Assembly (NCBI GenBank): GCA_040954595.2
Contig: CM082590.2
Span: 10,876,088 to 10,940,087, forward strand
Reading direction: 5' to 3'
Source: Balanoglossus misakiensis
Lineage: Eukaryota > Animalia > Hemichordata
DNA: 64,000 nucleotides
The notes beneath the pieces are model-generated. The model saw nothing but the letters and a program-made list of their open reading frames with translations, did not search any database and was not told where the DNA came from. The position numbers were made by a program, and so were the translations under genes. How positions within the stretch are numbered: the first letter of the stretch is position 1; each line of letters opens with the position of its first letter. This document shows positions 55,401-64,000 of the stretch, piece by piece.

Positions 55401-58400
55401 TTCAAGAGAATATCAAATGAACAACTTCTATGCAACGTTCTGGTGTTCATATCCTCTTTTAAAAGGTTTATAATAACCTACCTTGGACAGTCACTATGAA
55501 ACGACATGTTCCCACGTTGCCAGACACATCAATTGAAGAACAAGTTACAAGTGTGTTCCCACTCACAAATGTAGAATTCGAAGGCGGATCACAAGACACA
55601 TTCACTGCATGACCCGAATTGTCTGTGGCAGACTCGCCAGAAAATACCACAAATGCTGTTGTGTTTCCATAGTCGTACTCAATGGTCACATTCGAGGGAC
55701 ATGTTACATCTGGACCAATTGTATCTGGCAAGAAATGCATGTTGTCATTAGGAGCAAGAACGGCACATTGTCAACATGAAGATTCTTGTTACTTCCTTCA
55801 AAATAAAACTGATTCCGTCTATTCAATTCTTGTCCTACCTTGTACAGTGACTGTGAACGTGCAACTTCCTTCATTTCCGGAATCATCAGTTGCCGTACAG
55901 GATACTTCCGTCTCACCATCAGGGAATGTGGATCCGGATGCTGTATCACAAATCACTGCAGGTGTTGTTCCTGAATTATCCGTTGCAGATGCACTGAATG
56001 TTACCACAGCTGTTGTGTTACCATAGTCATACTCAACTGTCAGATTAGCCGGACATGCGAGGATAGGACTGGTTGTATCTGAGGAGAATGAATTTCTTGT
56101 TAGTGACACTAGAATTTCTCTGTATTCTTTGGATGGAAATGACACCACCAATAGACTTCTAAATACATGTAGTTTCCTTTCTACTTCTTGGACACAAAGA
56201 TATATGTCGAACAAAATAATGTATTGCAAGTTTAGAACCAAAACTCAAAGAGAAACATACCTTGAACAGTCACTTGGAAACCACATGTTGCAATATTTGC
56301 AGCCGCATCCTGAGCGAAGCAAGACACAATTGTGTTCCCCATCGGAAATGTTGAGTTGGTGGGTGGGGTACAAGATGTGGAAACGACCTGCCCAGAATTG
56401 TCCGTGAAAAGTCCTTCAAATACGACAAAGGCAGTTGTATTGCCATCATCGATTTCAACAACTAGATTGGAGGGACAAGTGGCCACTGGACGGGTTGTAT
56501 CTGAGAAGAGAAAAGAAAAGGAAACACACTGAGAATTTCAGGCCTAAACAACAATTAGGTACAACAACAAATGACTACAGGAATCGTATGGAACCATCAG
56601 ATCAACTGATTGATTGATTGATTGATTAAAAGACTCTCTACAAGTCGTACCTTGTACAGTGACACTGAAAGTGCAATTTGCACCATTTCCCGATGCATCT
56701 GTTGCAGAACATGTGACATCTGTATTGCCACTACTGAAAGTTGAACCAGAAGCTGGATCACATGTGACTGCAAGACTGGCCCCTGAATTGTCACTTGCTG
56801 ATCCACTGAATGTTACCACAGCAGTTGGACCTCCATTGTATTCAGCTGTCTGATCAGCTGGGCAAGTGATGACTGGTCTGATGGAATCTGAAAATGAGCA
56901 AGGGTGTTACATTCATTTCAAACTTGTACATATCCTGCTTTCACTGCTTGTATAACATCATCCATCCAACTCTTTCAAATTGAAAGCACCACCAGACATC
57001 TTTGTAAGACTTAAACTTACCTCCAACAGTCACAGTAAATGTGCATGTTCCCACATTTCCATCCAGATCGATGGCTGAGCATGTCACTATCGTGTCTCCA
57101 CTGATGAAAGTAGAATTTGATGGCGGGTCGCACATCACTGCCAGTTGCTGTCCTGAATTGTCTATGGCTGATTCACCATCAAACACAACAACAGCAGTCG
57201 TGTTTCCATAATCATATTCCATGGTAATATTTGAAGGACATGTCAATGTCGGCCTCGTAAGATCTAAAAAAGTATACATGTATATAATATTGAAGAGCAT
57301 TGTCTAAAACAGCATGTCAGTTTCCTACAAGTTCATTTTGTACTACCACTTAAAAAGCTGTTATATTGTGTTCAGATGTGACCAAGAATATTCTACCGCA
57401 AAACAAGTACACTTAAATTTGTAAAATTGGCAACAAAGTTGAATAGATACACATACCTTGCACGGTAATTGTAAAGTTACAAATCCCAATATTGCCAGCT
57501 GCATCAATAGCAGAACAAGTCACAACATTCTCTCCAATCATGAATGTAGAATTAGATGGTGGATCACAGGTTACTGCAATGATGTGTCCAGTATTGTCCA
57601 GAGCTGATTCTCCACTGAACTCCACAACAGCTGTGGTATTTCCATAACTATTCTCAACTGTCATATCAGCTGGACATGTTACTACCGGATTGGTTTCGTC
57701 TGAAACGGATAAAGTTAAAACTTTGAGCTGATCAACCAATAACAGGTGTTACTATCCAGGAAGAAACAATTACAAAAAGTAATATTAACAGCCACAAAAT
57801 ACGAACCTTGTACAGTAATGGTGAAGCTACAATTTCCAGTGTTTCCAGCCACATCAGTAGCAGAACAAGTCACAACATTCTCTCCACTGAAGAAAACAGA
57901 ATTGGAGGGCGGATCACAGGTTACAGCGAGTATTGCTCCAGAATTATCCATTGCTGATTCTCCACTGAACTGAACGATAGCTGATGTGTTTCCATATTCA
58001 TTCTCCACCACGATATCACCAGCTCCATTAAATTCTACCACTGATGTTGTATTTCCGTTCTCATACTCAACTGTCAAATTATTCGGACATGACAATACTG
58101 GCGCTGTTGTGTCTGTGGAATGAAAGTTATTTTGAAGATTATTCTACAATAATGTCTGTTTTCATGGAAGATCACAGAACTTAACAGAGGAGATTGGAAG
58201 TGTCCAAATGAAATGCATACAAGGCCTGGAAAATGTGCTTTGATGAAATCATTCATCGTTTGAACAGCTCTGAGAGTACAAACCTTGAACAATCACAAAA
58301 AAGGTACACGCTCCAACATTTCCAGCCACATCCATAGCAGAACACGTCACAACTGTATCTCCACTCTCAAATGTGGAATTAGAAGGCGGATCACAGGTCA

Positions 58401-61400
58401 CTGCGAGCAGATGTCCGGAATTGTCAGTGGCTGACTCTCCATCAAAGAATACAACAGCAGTTGTGTTGCCGTAATCATTCTCGCTAGTAATGTTGGCAGG
58501 GCATGTCACAATGGGCATGGTGGTATCTGCATAAAACAATTATCATCAGCAATGAAGGCAGGTTGTTCTTAGAAGCTTTTGGATGGTCTTTAGTGTAGTG
58601 CAAGAAGAGATAATGAAATAGGAGTGGAGAAGCTTCAGAAAAGAAATTCACAAACCACCAGTAGAAAACTTATTCAACATATCTGGCAAACAGAGCTTTT
58701 TCCCTTTAATTGCAAGACTGTTGACGGTCTGTAAAAGACTAAATACATCAATTGAATTAGGATTCAAAGTTATTACCTTCAACAGTTACTATGAAAGCAC
58801 AAGTTCCCACATTTCCAGCCACATCAGTAGCAGAGCATGTCACTATTGTGTCTCCGCTAACAAACGAAGAATTCGATGGCGGGTCGCACGTCACTGCCAG
58901 TTGGTGTCCAGCATTGTCAATAGCCGACTCTCCACTAAACACAACAACTGCAGTTGTATTGCCGTAGTCGTATTCAACTGTAACATTTGATGGGCAGGAT
59001 ACAACAGGGCTTATGGTGTCTGAAAAATAAACATATACAATGCAATTATTGACATCATTTCCATGACATAAATCTTGACATCCACTTCCAAAATATCAAA
59101 ACGCTCATATCAGCTGCTCTTAGATTGGACACAAAAGATACAATCACATACCTTGGACAGTTACTATGAAACGACATGTTCCTACATTTCCAGCCATATC
59201 TGTGGCATTACAAGTCACAATTGTGTTTCCGTTGGTGAATGTAGAGTTTGATGGTGGATTACACATCACTTCTGGTTGATATCCAGAATTGTCTACAGCC
59301 GACTCGCCATCAAAAAGCACAACTGCAGTTGTATTGCCGTAGTCGTATTCAACAGTTACATTTGTGGGACAAGTCAAGATGGGATTGGTGGTATCTGAAA
59401 TATTACATTTGTAAATAGCCACATCAAGTATTGGACAGTCTAACAAAATGAGGACAAAATACACAATGCAAATGGTTATTTGCGAGTAGCAAATGGTGAA
59501 ATGTGACACTTGCAAGTGGTGACAAGTATCATTCTAAAGTCATCACTCGCAATAGATACATTTGACCACAGTTGGCACATATCACAAAAAGTATACACAC
59601 CTTGCACAGTGATTGTAAAATTGCAGCTTCCAATGTTACCACTCTCATCAGTAGAACTACAAGTAACTGCATTGTCTCCACTCACAAATGTAGAATTTGA
59701 TGGTGGATTACAAGTAACTAGAACACTCTTTCCAGAATTATCTGTTGCCGACTCTCCACTGAATTCAACCACTGCTGTTGTATTGCCATAGTCATACTCC
59801 ACTGTCAAACCAGCAGGACAGGTTACCATGGGATTTGTTGTATCTGGAAATAATAATGTGATCAGACATTTGAAATGTAGGCATTCAATGTGTAAATATC
59901 AAATTGAACATAAGGTAAACAAGGGACTTGATTCAAGTTACATGAATGACCCCAGTTAGGACTAATTCCTACAGTTTTACATACCTTGTACAGTAATTGT
60001 GAAGCTACAATTTCCAGTGTTGCCAGCCCCATCCGTAGCAGAACATGTCACTACATTGTCTTCATTCACAAAGGTGGAATTAGATGGTGGATCACAGGTT
60101 ACTGCAATGATGTGTCCAGAATTGTCCAGAGCTGATTCTCCACTGAACTCCACAACTGCTGTGGTATTTCCATAATCATACTCTGCTGTCAAATCCGCTG
60201 GACATGTTACAAGTGGATGAACAGAATCTGGAATAGATTTGAAATAATATCCATATTTATCTTTACACATAGAGACAAACAATGGCCGAGTACAACAGGA
60301 CAATCTTATGTTTAATCCATTATATTACATACCTTGGACAATAATTGTAAAGTTACAAGTCCCAATATTGCCAGCTGCATCAATAGAAGAACAAGTCACA
60401 ACATTCTCTCCACTCATAAATGTAGAATTAGATGGTGGATCACATGTTACTGACAGAATTGCTCCAGAATTGTCTGTAACTGATTCTCCACTAAATTCCA
60501 CAACTGCTGTGGTATTTCCATAATCATTCTCAACTGTCAAATCAGCTGGACATATAACAACCGGATCAGATGTGTCTGTAAAAAGTATGACCATCAAAGT
60601 GAGATTAGAATGGACAAAAATGTGTAATCAATTATAGCAGCAATTAAATGAAATCACCTTCTCACCACAGTGGTGTAGTCCAAATCCATTGTTTCTACGG
60701 TGAAGTTCATCTCAAGAGGGAATCGGGATGAAAGGAGAAATATATTTGTGTATTTCAACCTACCTCGCACTCTTACTGTGAAACTACATGTTCCAACATT
60801 TCCAGCCATGTCAATAGCTGAACATGTGACAACTGTGGCACCGACTTCAAATGTAGTATTGGACGGCTGGTCACACGTCACTGCGAGATCATGTCCAGAA
60901 TTGTCCACAGCAGATTCACCATCAAACAAAACAATAGCTGTTGTATTTCCATATGCATTCTCTACTGTTATGTTGGCTGGACATGTGACCACAGGGCTGA
61001 AAGTGTCTGTGAAAAATGAAACAGTTTGAGACCTTAGACTCCATAGAAACTTCTATTTCAGGAGAATATCAAATCAACAACTTCTTTGCAACGTTCTGGG
61101 TTCATTATAATAACCTACCTTGGACAGTCACTATGAAACGACATGTTCCCACGTTGCCAGACACATCAATTGAAGAACAAGTTACAAGTGTGTTCCCACT
61201 CACAAATGTAGAATTCGAAGGCGGATCACAAGACACATTCACTGCATGACCCGAATTGTCTGTGGCAGACTCGCCAGAAAATACCACAAATGCTGTTGTG
61301 TTTCCATAGTCGTACTCAATGGTCACATTCGAGGGACATGTTACATCTGGACCAATTGTATCTGGCAAGAAATGCATGTTGTCATTAGGAGCAAGAATGG

Positions 61401-64000
61401 CACATTGTCAACATGAAGATTCTTGTTACTTCCTTCAAAATAAAACTGATTCCGTCTATTCAATTCTTGTCCTACCTTGTACAGTGACTGTGAACGTGCA
61501 ACTTCCTTCATTTCCGGAATCATCAGTTGCCGTACAGGATACTTCCGTCTCACCATCAGGGAATGTGGATCCGGATGCTGTATCACAAATCACTGCAGGT
61601 GTTGTTCCTGAATTATCCGTTGCAGATGCACTGAATGTTACCACAGCTGTTGTGTTACCATAGTCATACTCAACTGTCAGATTAGCCGGACATGCGAGGA
61701 TAGGACTGGTTGTATCTGAGGAGAATGAATTTCTTGTTAGTGACACTAGAATTTCTCTGTATTCTTTGGATGGAAATGAAATACATGTAGTTTCCTTTCT
61801 ACTTGTTGGACACAAAGATATATGTCGAACAAAATAATGTATTGCAAGTTTAGAACCAAAACTCAAAGAGAAACATACCTTGAACAGTCACTTGGAAACC
61901 ACATGTTGCAATATTTGCAGCCGCATCCTGAGCGAAGCAAGACACAATTGTGTTCCCCATCGGAAATGTGGAGTTGGTGGGTGGGGTACAAGATGTGGAA
62001 ACGACCTGCCCAGAATTGTCCGTGAAAAGTCCTTCAAATACGACAAAGGCAGTTGTATTGCCATCATCGATTTCAACAACTAGATTGGAGGGACAAGTGG
62101 CAACTGGACGGGTTGTATCTGAGAAGAGAAAAGAAAAGGAAACACACTGAGATTTTCAGGCCTAAACAACCATTAGGTACAACAACAAATGTTTACAGGA
62201 ATCCTATGTCACCATCAGATCAACTGTTTGATTGACTGTTTGATTGATTGATTGATTAAAAGACTCTCTAAAAGTCGTACCTTGTACAGTGACACTGAAA
62301 GTGCAATTTGCACCATTTCCCGATGCATCTGTTGCAGAACATGTGACATCTGTATTGCCACTACTGAAAGTTGAACCAGAAGCTGGATCACATGTGACTG
62401 CAAGACTGGCCCCTGAATTGTCACTTGCTGATCCACTGAATGTTACCACAGCAGTTGGACCTCCATTGTATTCAGCTGTCTGATCAGCTGGGCAAGTGAT
62501 GACTGGTCTGATGGAATCTGAAAATGAGCAAGGGTGTTACATTCATTTCAAACTTGTACATATCCTGCTTTCACTGCTTGTATAACATCATCCATCCAAC
62601 TCTTTCTAATTGAAAGCACCTCCAGAGATCTTTGTAAGACTTAAACTTACCTCCAACAGTCACAGTAAATGTGCATGTTCCCACATTTCCATCCAGATCG
62701 ATGGCTGAGCATGTCACTATCGTGTCTCCACTGATGAAAGTAGAATTTGATGGCGGGTCGCACATCACTGCCAGTTGCTGTCCTGAATTGTCTATGGCTG
62801 ATTCACCATCAAACACAACAACAGCAGTCGTGTTTCCAAAATCATATTCCATGGTAATATTTGAAGGACATGTCAATGTTGGCCTCGTAAGATCTAAAAA
62901 AAGTATACATGTATATAATATAGAAGAGCATCGTCTAAAACAGCATGTCAGTTTGCTACGAGTTCATTTTGTACTACCAATTAAAAAAGCTGTTATATTG
63001 TGTTCAGATGTGACCAAGAATATTCTACCGCATCACAAGTACACTTAAATTAGTAAAATTGGCAACAAAGAAGAATAGATACACATACCTTGCACGGTAA
63101 TTGTAAAGTTACAAGTCCCAATATTGCCAGTTGCATCAATAGAAGAACACGTCACAACTGTATCTCCACTCTCAAATGTGGAATTAGAAGGCGGATCACA
63201 GGTCACTGCGAGCAGATGTCCGGAATTGTCAGTGGCTGACTCTCCATCAAAGAATACAACAGCAGTTGTGTTGCCGTAATCATTCTCGCTAGTAATGTTG
63301 GCAGGGCATGTCACAATGGGCATGGTGGTATCTGCAAAAAACAATTATCATCAGCAATGAAGGCAGGTTGTTCTTAGAAACTTTTGGATGGTCTTTAGTG
63401 TAGTGCAAGAAGAGATATTTGAAATAGGAGTGGAGAAGCTTCAGAAAAGAATTTCACAAACCACCAGTAGAAAACTTCTTCAACATATCTGGCAAACAGG
63501 GCTTTTTCCAGTTGATTGCTAGACTGCTGACGGTCTGTGACAAAAGACTAAATACATCAATTGAATTAGGATTCAAAGTTATTACCTTCAACAGTTACTA
63601 TGAAAGCACAAGTTCCCACATTTCCAGCCACATCAGTAGCAGAGCATGTCACTATTGTGTCTCCGCTAACAAACGAAGAATTCGATGGCGGGTCGCACGT
63701 CACTGCCAGTTGGTGTCCAGCATTGTCAATAGCCGACTCTCCACTAAACACAACAACTGCAGTTGTATTGCCGTAGTCGTATTCAACTGTAACATTTGAT
63801 GGGCAGGATACAACAGGGCTTATGGTGTCTGAAAAATAAACATATACAATGCAGTTATTGACATCATTTCCATGACATAAATCTTGACATCCACTTCCAA
63901 AATGTCAAAACGCTCATATCAGCTGCTCTTAGATTGGACACAAAAGATACAATCACATACCTTGGACAGTTACTATGAAACGACATGTTCCTACATTTCC
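18798..64000 (-). CDS. Giant type-I membrane protein, MUC4/mucin-like: HYR x ~60+, EGF x11, NIDO, AMOP, VWD, Ig/cadherin-like, EGF x~16, TM, Tyr-rich tail; 5' end outside the window
   Basis: About 100 minus-strand exons with GT-AG ends, each mapping to a recognisable module in colinear order. The stop TAA is at 18798-18800 after ...RGRTYSYYQ. No start codon or signal peptide lies in the window. Confidence 0.88.
18954..19233. mobile_element. Foldback/MITE-like element in the last intron
   Basis: Nested inverted repeats ATTCTTTACTATCAA/TTGATAGCGAAGAAT and ATTTCCAGGTGACGGGCAA/TTGCCCGTCATCTGGAAAT. Confidence 0.6.
20128..20218 (-). mobile_element. Short L2-like/SINE 3' end with (TTGA)n tail
   Basis: Minus strand TTGTAAAGTGCCATTGAACAGC...GGCGCTCTATAAG followed by (ATTG)n; same tail style as the LINE remnant at 27.2-27.56 kb. 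Confidence 0.5.
20335..20580. repeat. GA/GACA-rich microsatellite
   Basis: Direct reading. Confidence 0.9.
20619..27818 (-). CDS. Giant gene: membrane-proximal block of about 16 EGF/calcium-binding EGF domains
   Basis: Repeated DIDEC/DINEC...C.N..G.Y.C.C..GY exons, mostly one per ~120-140 nt phase-1 exon (e.g. 21175-21298, 22448-22590, 23035-23157, 24551-24686, and a double exon at 25153-25417). Confidence 0.9.
21033..21165. repeat. (CT)n/(CTGT)n microsatellite
   Basis: Direct reading. Confidence 0.9.
22340..22428. mobile_element. ~85-bp piggyBac-like MITE (CCCTTTCACC...GGTGAAAGGG, TTAA flanks), copy 1
   Basis: CCC/GGG termini, right flank TTAA; homologous copies at 23305, 35220 and 37443. 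Confidence 0.65.
23305..23397. mobile_element. piggyBac-like MITE, copy 2
   Basis: TTAA-CCCTTTCACC...AACCATGGTGGTGAAAGGA-GTAA. Confidence 0.65.
23505..23707. repeat. Compound (TG)n minisatellite with ~52-bp periodicity
   Basis: GTGTGTGACTGTGCATGTGTGTGTGC... repeated. Confidence 0.9.
26198..26349. repeat. (CAT)n trinucleotide microsatellite, intronic
   Basis: Direct reading; lies between EGF exons. Confidence 0.95.
27199..27563 (+). mobile_element. 5'-truncated non-LTR retrotransposon remnant (L2/CR1 group ORF2 C-terminus with 3' tail), antisense in intron
   Basis: Frameshifted peptide [18 protein letters not shown]...RRLRS...[13 protein letters not shown] / [28 protein letters not shown] matches the typical L2-clade C-terminus. 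It ends CGCTATACAAAT plus (TGAT)n. Confidence 0.85.
27637..28392 (-). CDS. Giant gene: Ig/cadherin-like beta-sandwich after VWD
   Basis: NFPPNIDG...[15 protein letters not shown]...PSGATINPT / GGTLQWTP...LEVEASDG, with cadherin-like AxDxxGD and ASDG motifs. Confidence 0.6.
28488..33907 (-). CDS. Giant gene: NIDO-AMOP-VWD cassette
   Basis: NIDO: FFPFG...GFPFGG..., [48 protein letters not shown]: CLNWY...SCPCTLSQ...GAGSQCAY...YYCC...[17 protein letters not shown]: [24 protein letters not shown]...GKTKGLLG, followed by the Cys-rich [10 protein letters not shown]. Confidence 0.92.
29476..29594. repeat. (ATGA)n tetranucleotide microsatellite
   Basis: Direct reading. Confidence 0.95.
29995..30096. 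mobile_element. Tc1/pogo-type MITE with 14-bp perfect TIR
   Basis: CAGTGAAACCTGTC ... GACAGGTTTCACTG followed by TA; internal inverted repeat CTATTAAGGACAC/GTGTCCTTAATAG. Confidence 0.8.
34128..38484 (-). CDS. Giant gene: 11 EGF/cbEGF exons between HYR array and NIDO
   Basis: e.g. [80 protein letters not shown]. Confidence 0.9.
34332..34488. repeat. Compound CAC/CCT/CAT trinucleotide tract
   Basis: Direct reading. Confidence 0.9.
35220..35308. mobile_element. piggyBac-like MITE, copy 3
   Basis: CCCTTTCACC...CCATGGTGGTCAAAGGG-TTAA. Confidence 0.65.
35720..35902. mobile_element. Tc1/pogo-type MITE, ~180-bp family (opposite orientation to the copies at 38554 and 44057)
   Basis: TA-CAGTAAAACCTGTCTAA ... 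TTAGACTGGTTTTTGCTG. The interior AGGTGTCTGGTTTATAGAGGTTCTTT is approximately the reverse complement of motifs in the other copies. Confidence 0.7.
37443..37498. mobile_element. piggyBac-like MITE, partial copy 4
   Basis: TACCATAGAAAACAATAGGTTTGGACTGAACCATGGTGGTGAAAGGG. Confidence 0.6.
37625..37936. mobile_element. Multi-hairpin palindromic non-autonomous element
   Basis: A 143-bp near-perfect palindrome (37625-37767) is followed by a second inverted pair ATTATATTATGCCAGTATATTGA/TCAATATACTGGTATAATATAAT that encloses a third small hairpin. Confidence 0.7.
38554..38735. mobile_element. Tc1/pogo-type MITE, ~180-bp family
   Basis: TA-CAGTAAAAACTGTCT ... TTAGACAGGTTTTACTA. Confidence 0.7.
38789..64000 (-). 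CDS. Giant gene: array of about 60 HYR (hyalin repeat) domains, one ~240-nt phase-1 exon each
   Basis: Consensus DTTxPVVTCPxxxTVEYDxGxTTAVVxFxGESAxDNSGxxxxVTCxPxSxSTFxxGxTxVTCSATDxAGNxGTCxFTVTVQ. By eye there are 59 complete exons plus 1 partial. Confidence 0.93.
44057..44221. mobile_element. Tc1/pogo-type MITE, ~180-bp family, degraded right TIR
   Basis: TA-CAGTTAAACCTGTCTAA...; interior colinear with 38554-38735. Confidence 0.65.
46030..64000. repeat. Tandem segmental duplication, ~5.6-5.7-kb unit (14 HYR exons plus introns), 3 copies plus the start of a 4th
   Basis: Near-identical ORFs and introns recur at 47754/53423/59144, 49744/55468/61105, 50837/56544/62204 and 51204/56941/62571. Confidence 0.95.

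Noticed and set aside
38797-63799. Recurrent plus-strand ORFs (…[12 protein letters not shown]…) over the HYR array
   Set aside because: Antisense shadows of Thr/Val/Ser/Gly-rich exons; splice signals and domain consensus are on the minus strand.
38789-64000. Bacterial giant adhesin or horizontal transfer, since HYR-like repeats occur in bacteria
   Set aside because: Every domain is a separate GT-AG exon and is continuous with metazoan EGF/NIDO/AMOP/VWD exons.
18798-64000. Assigning a gene symbol such as MUC4, mesh, SUSD2, hyalin or EBR1
   Set aside because: Only partial architecture matches: no PTS region seen, no IPT or sushi domain, no CUB/TSP1 in view. Orthology cannot be established by eye.

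Overview
Eukaryotic, intron-rich animal genomic DNA. Its gene content (HYR repeats, MUC4-like module) suggests a marine invertebrate such as a hemichordate or echinoderm; that is inference. The window has four parts. (1) 1-~10,070: a GC-rich 116-bp tandem satellite built from related 59-bp and 57-bp subunits, with local higher-order variants, one Tc1-type excision footprint and a possible transposon-like end. (2) ~11.6-13.0 kb (+): a three-coding-exon gene for an unrecognised 189-aa secreted Cys-rich protein. (3) 13.4-16.9 kb (-): a four-exon class A GPCR (523 aa, melatonin-receptor-like NRF motif, long third intracellular loop). (4) 18.8 kb to beyond the window end (-): one giant type-I membrane protein gene. 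It has about 60 or more one-exon HYR (hyalin) domains, 11 EGF, NIDO-AMOP-VWD with a GDPH site, an Ig/cadherin-like domain, about 16 EGF, a transmembrane helix and a Tyr-rich tail. It looks like a MUC4-type protein whose mucin repeat is replaced by a HYR array, and that array is expanding as ~5.7-kb, 14-exon cassettes with recombinant exons. Introns carry MITEs, foldback elements, L2-type remnants and microsatellites. Exon boundaries were read by eye and may be off by a few bases.
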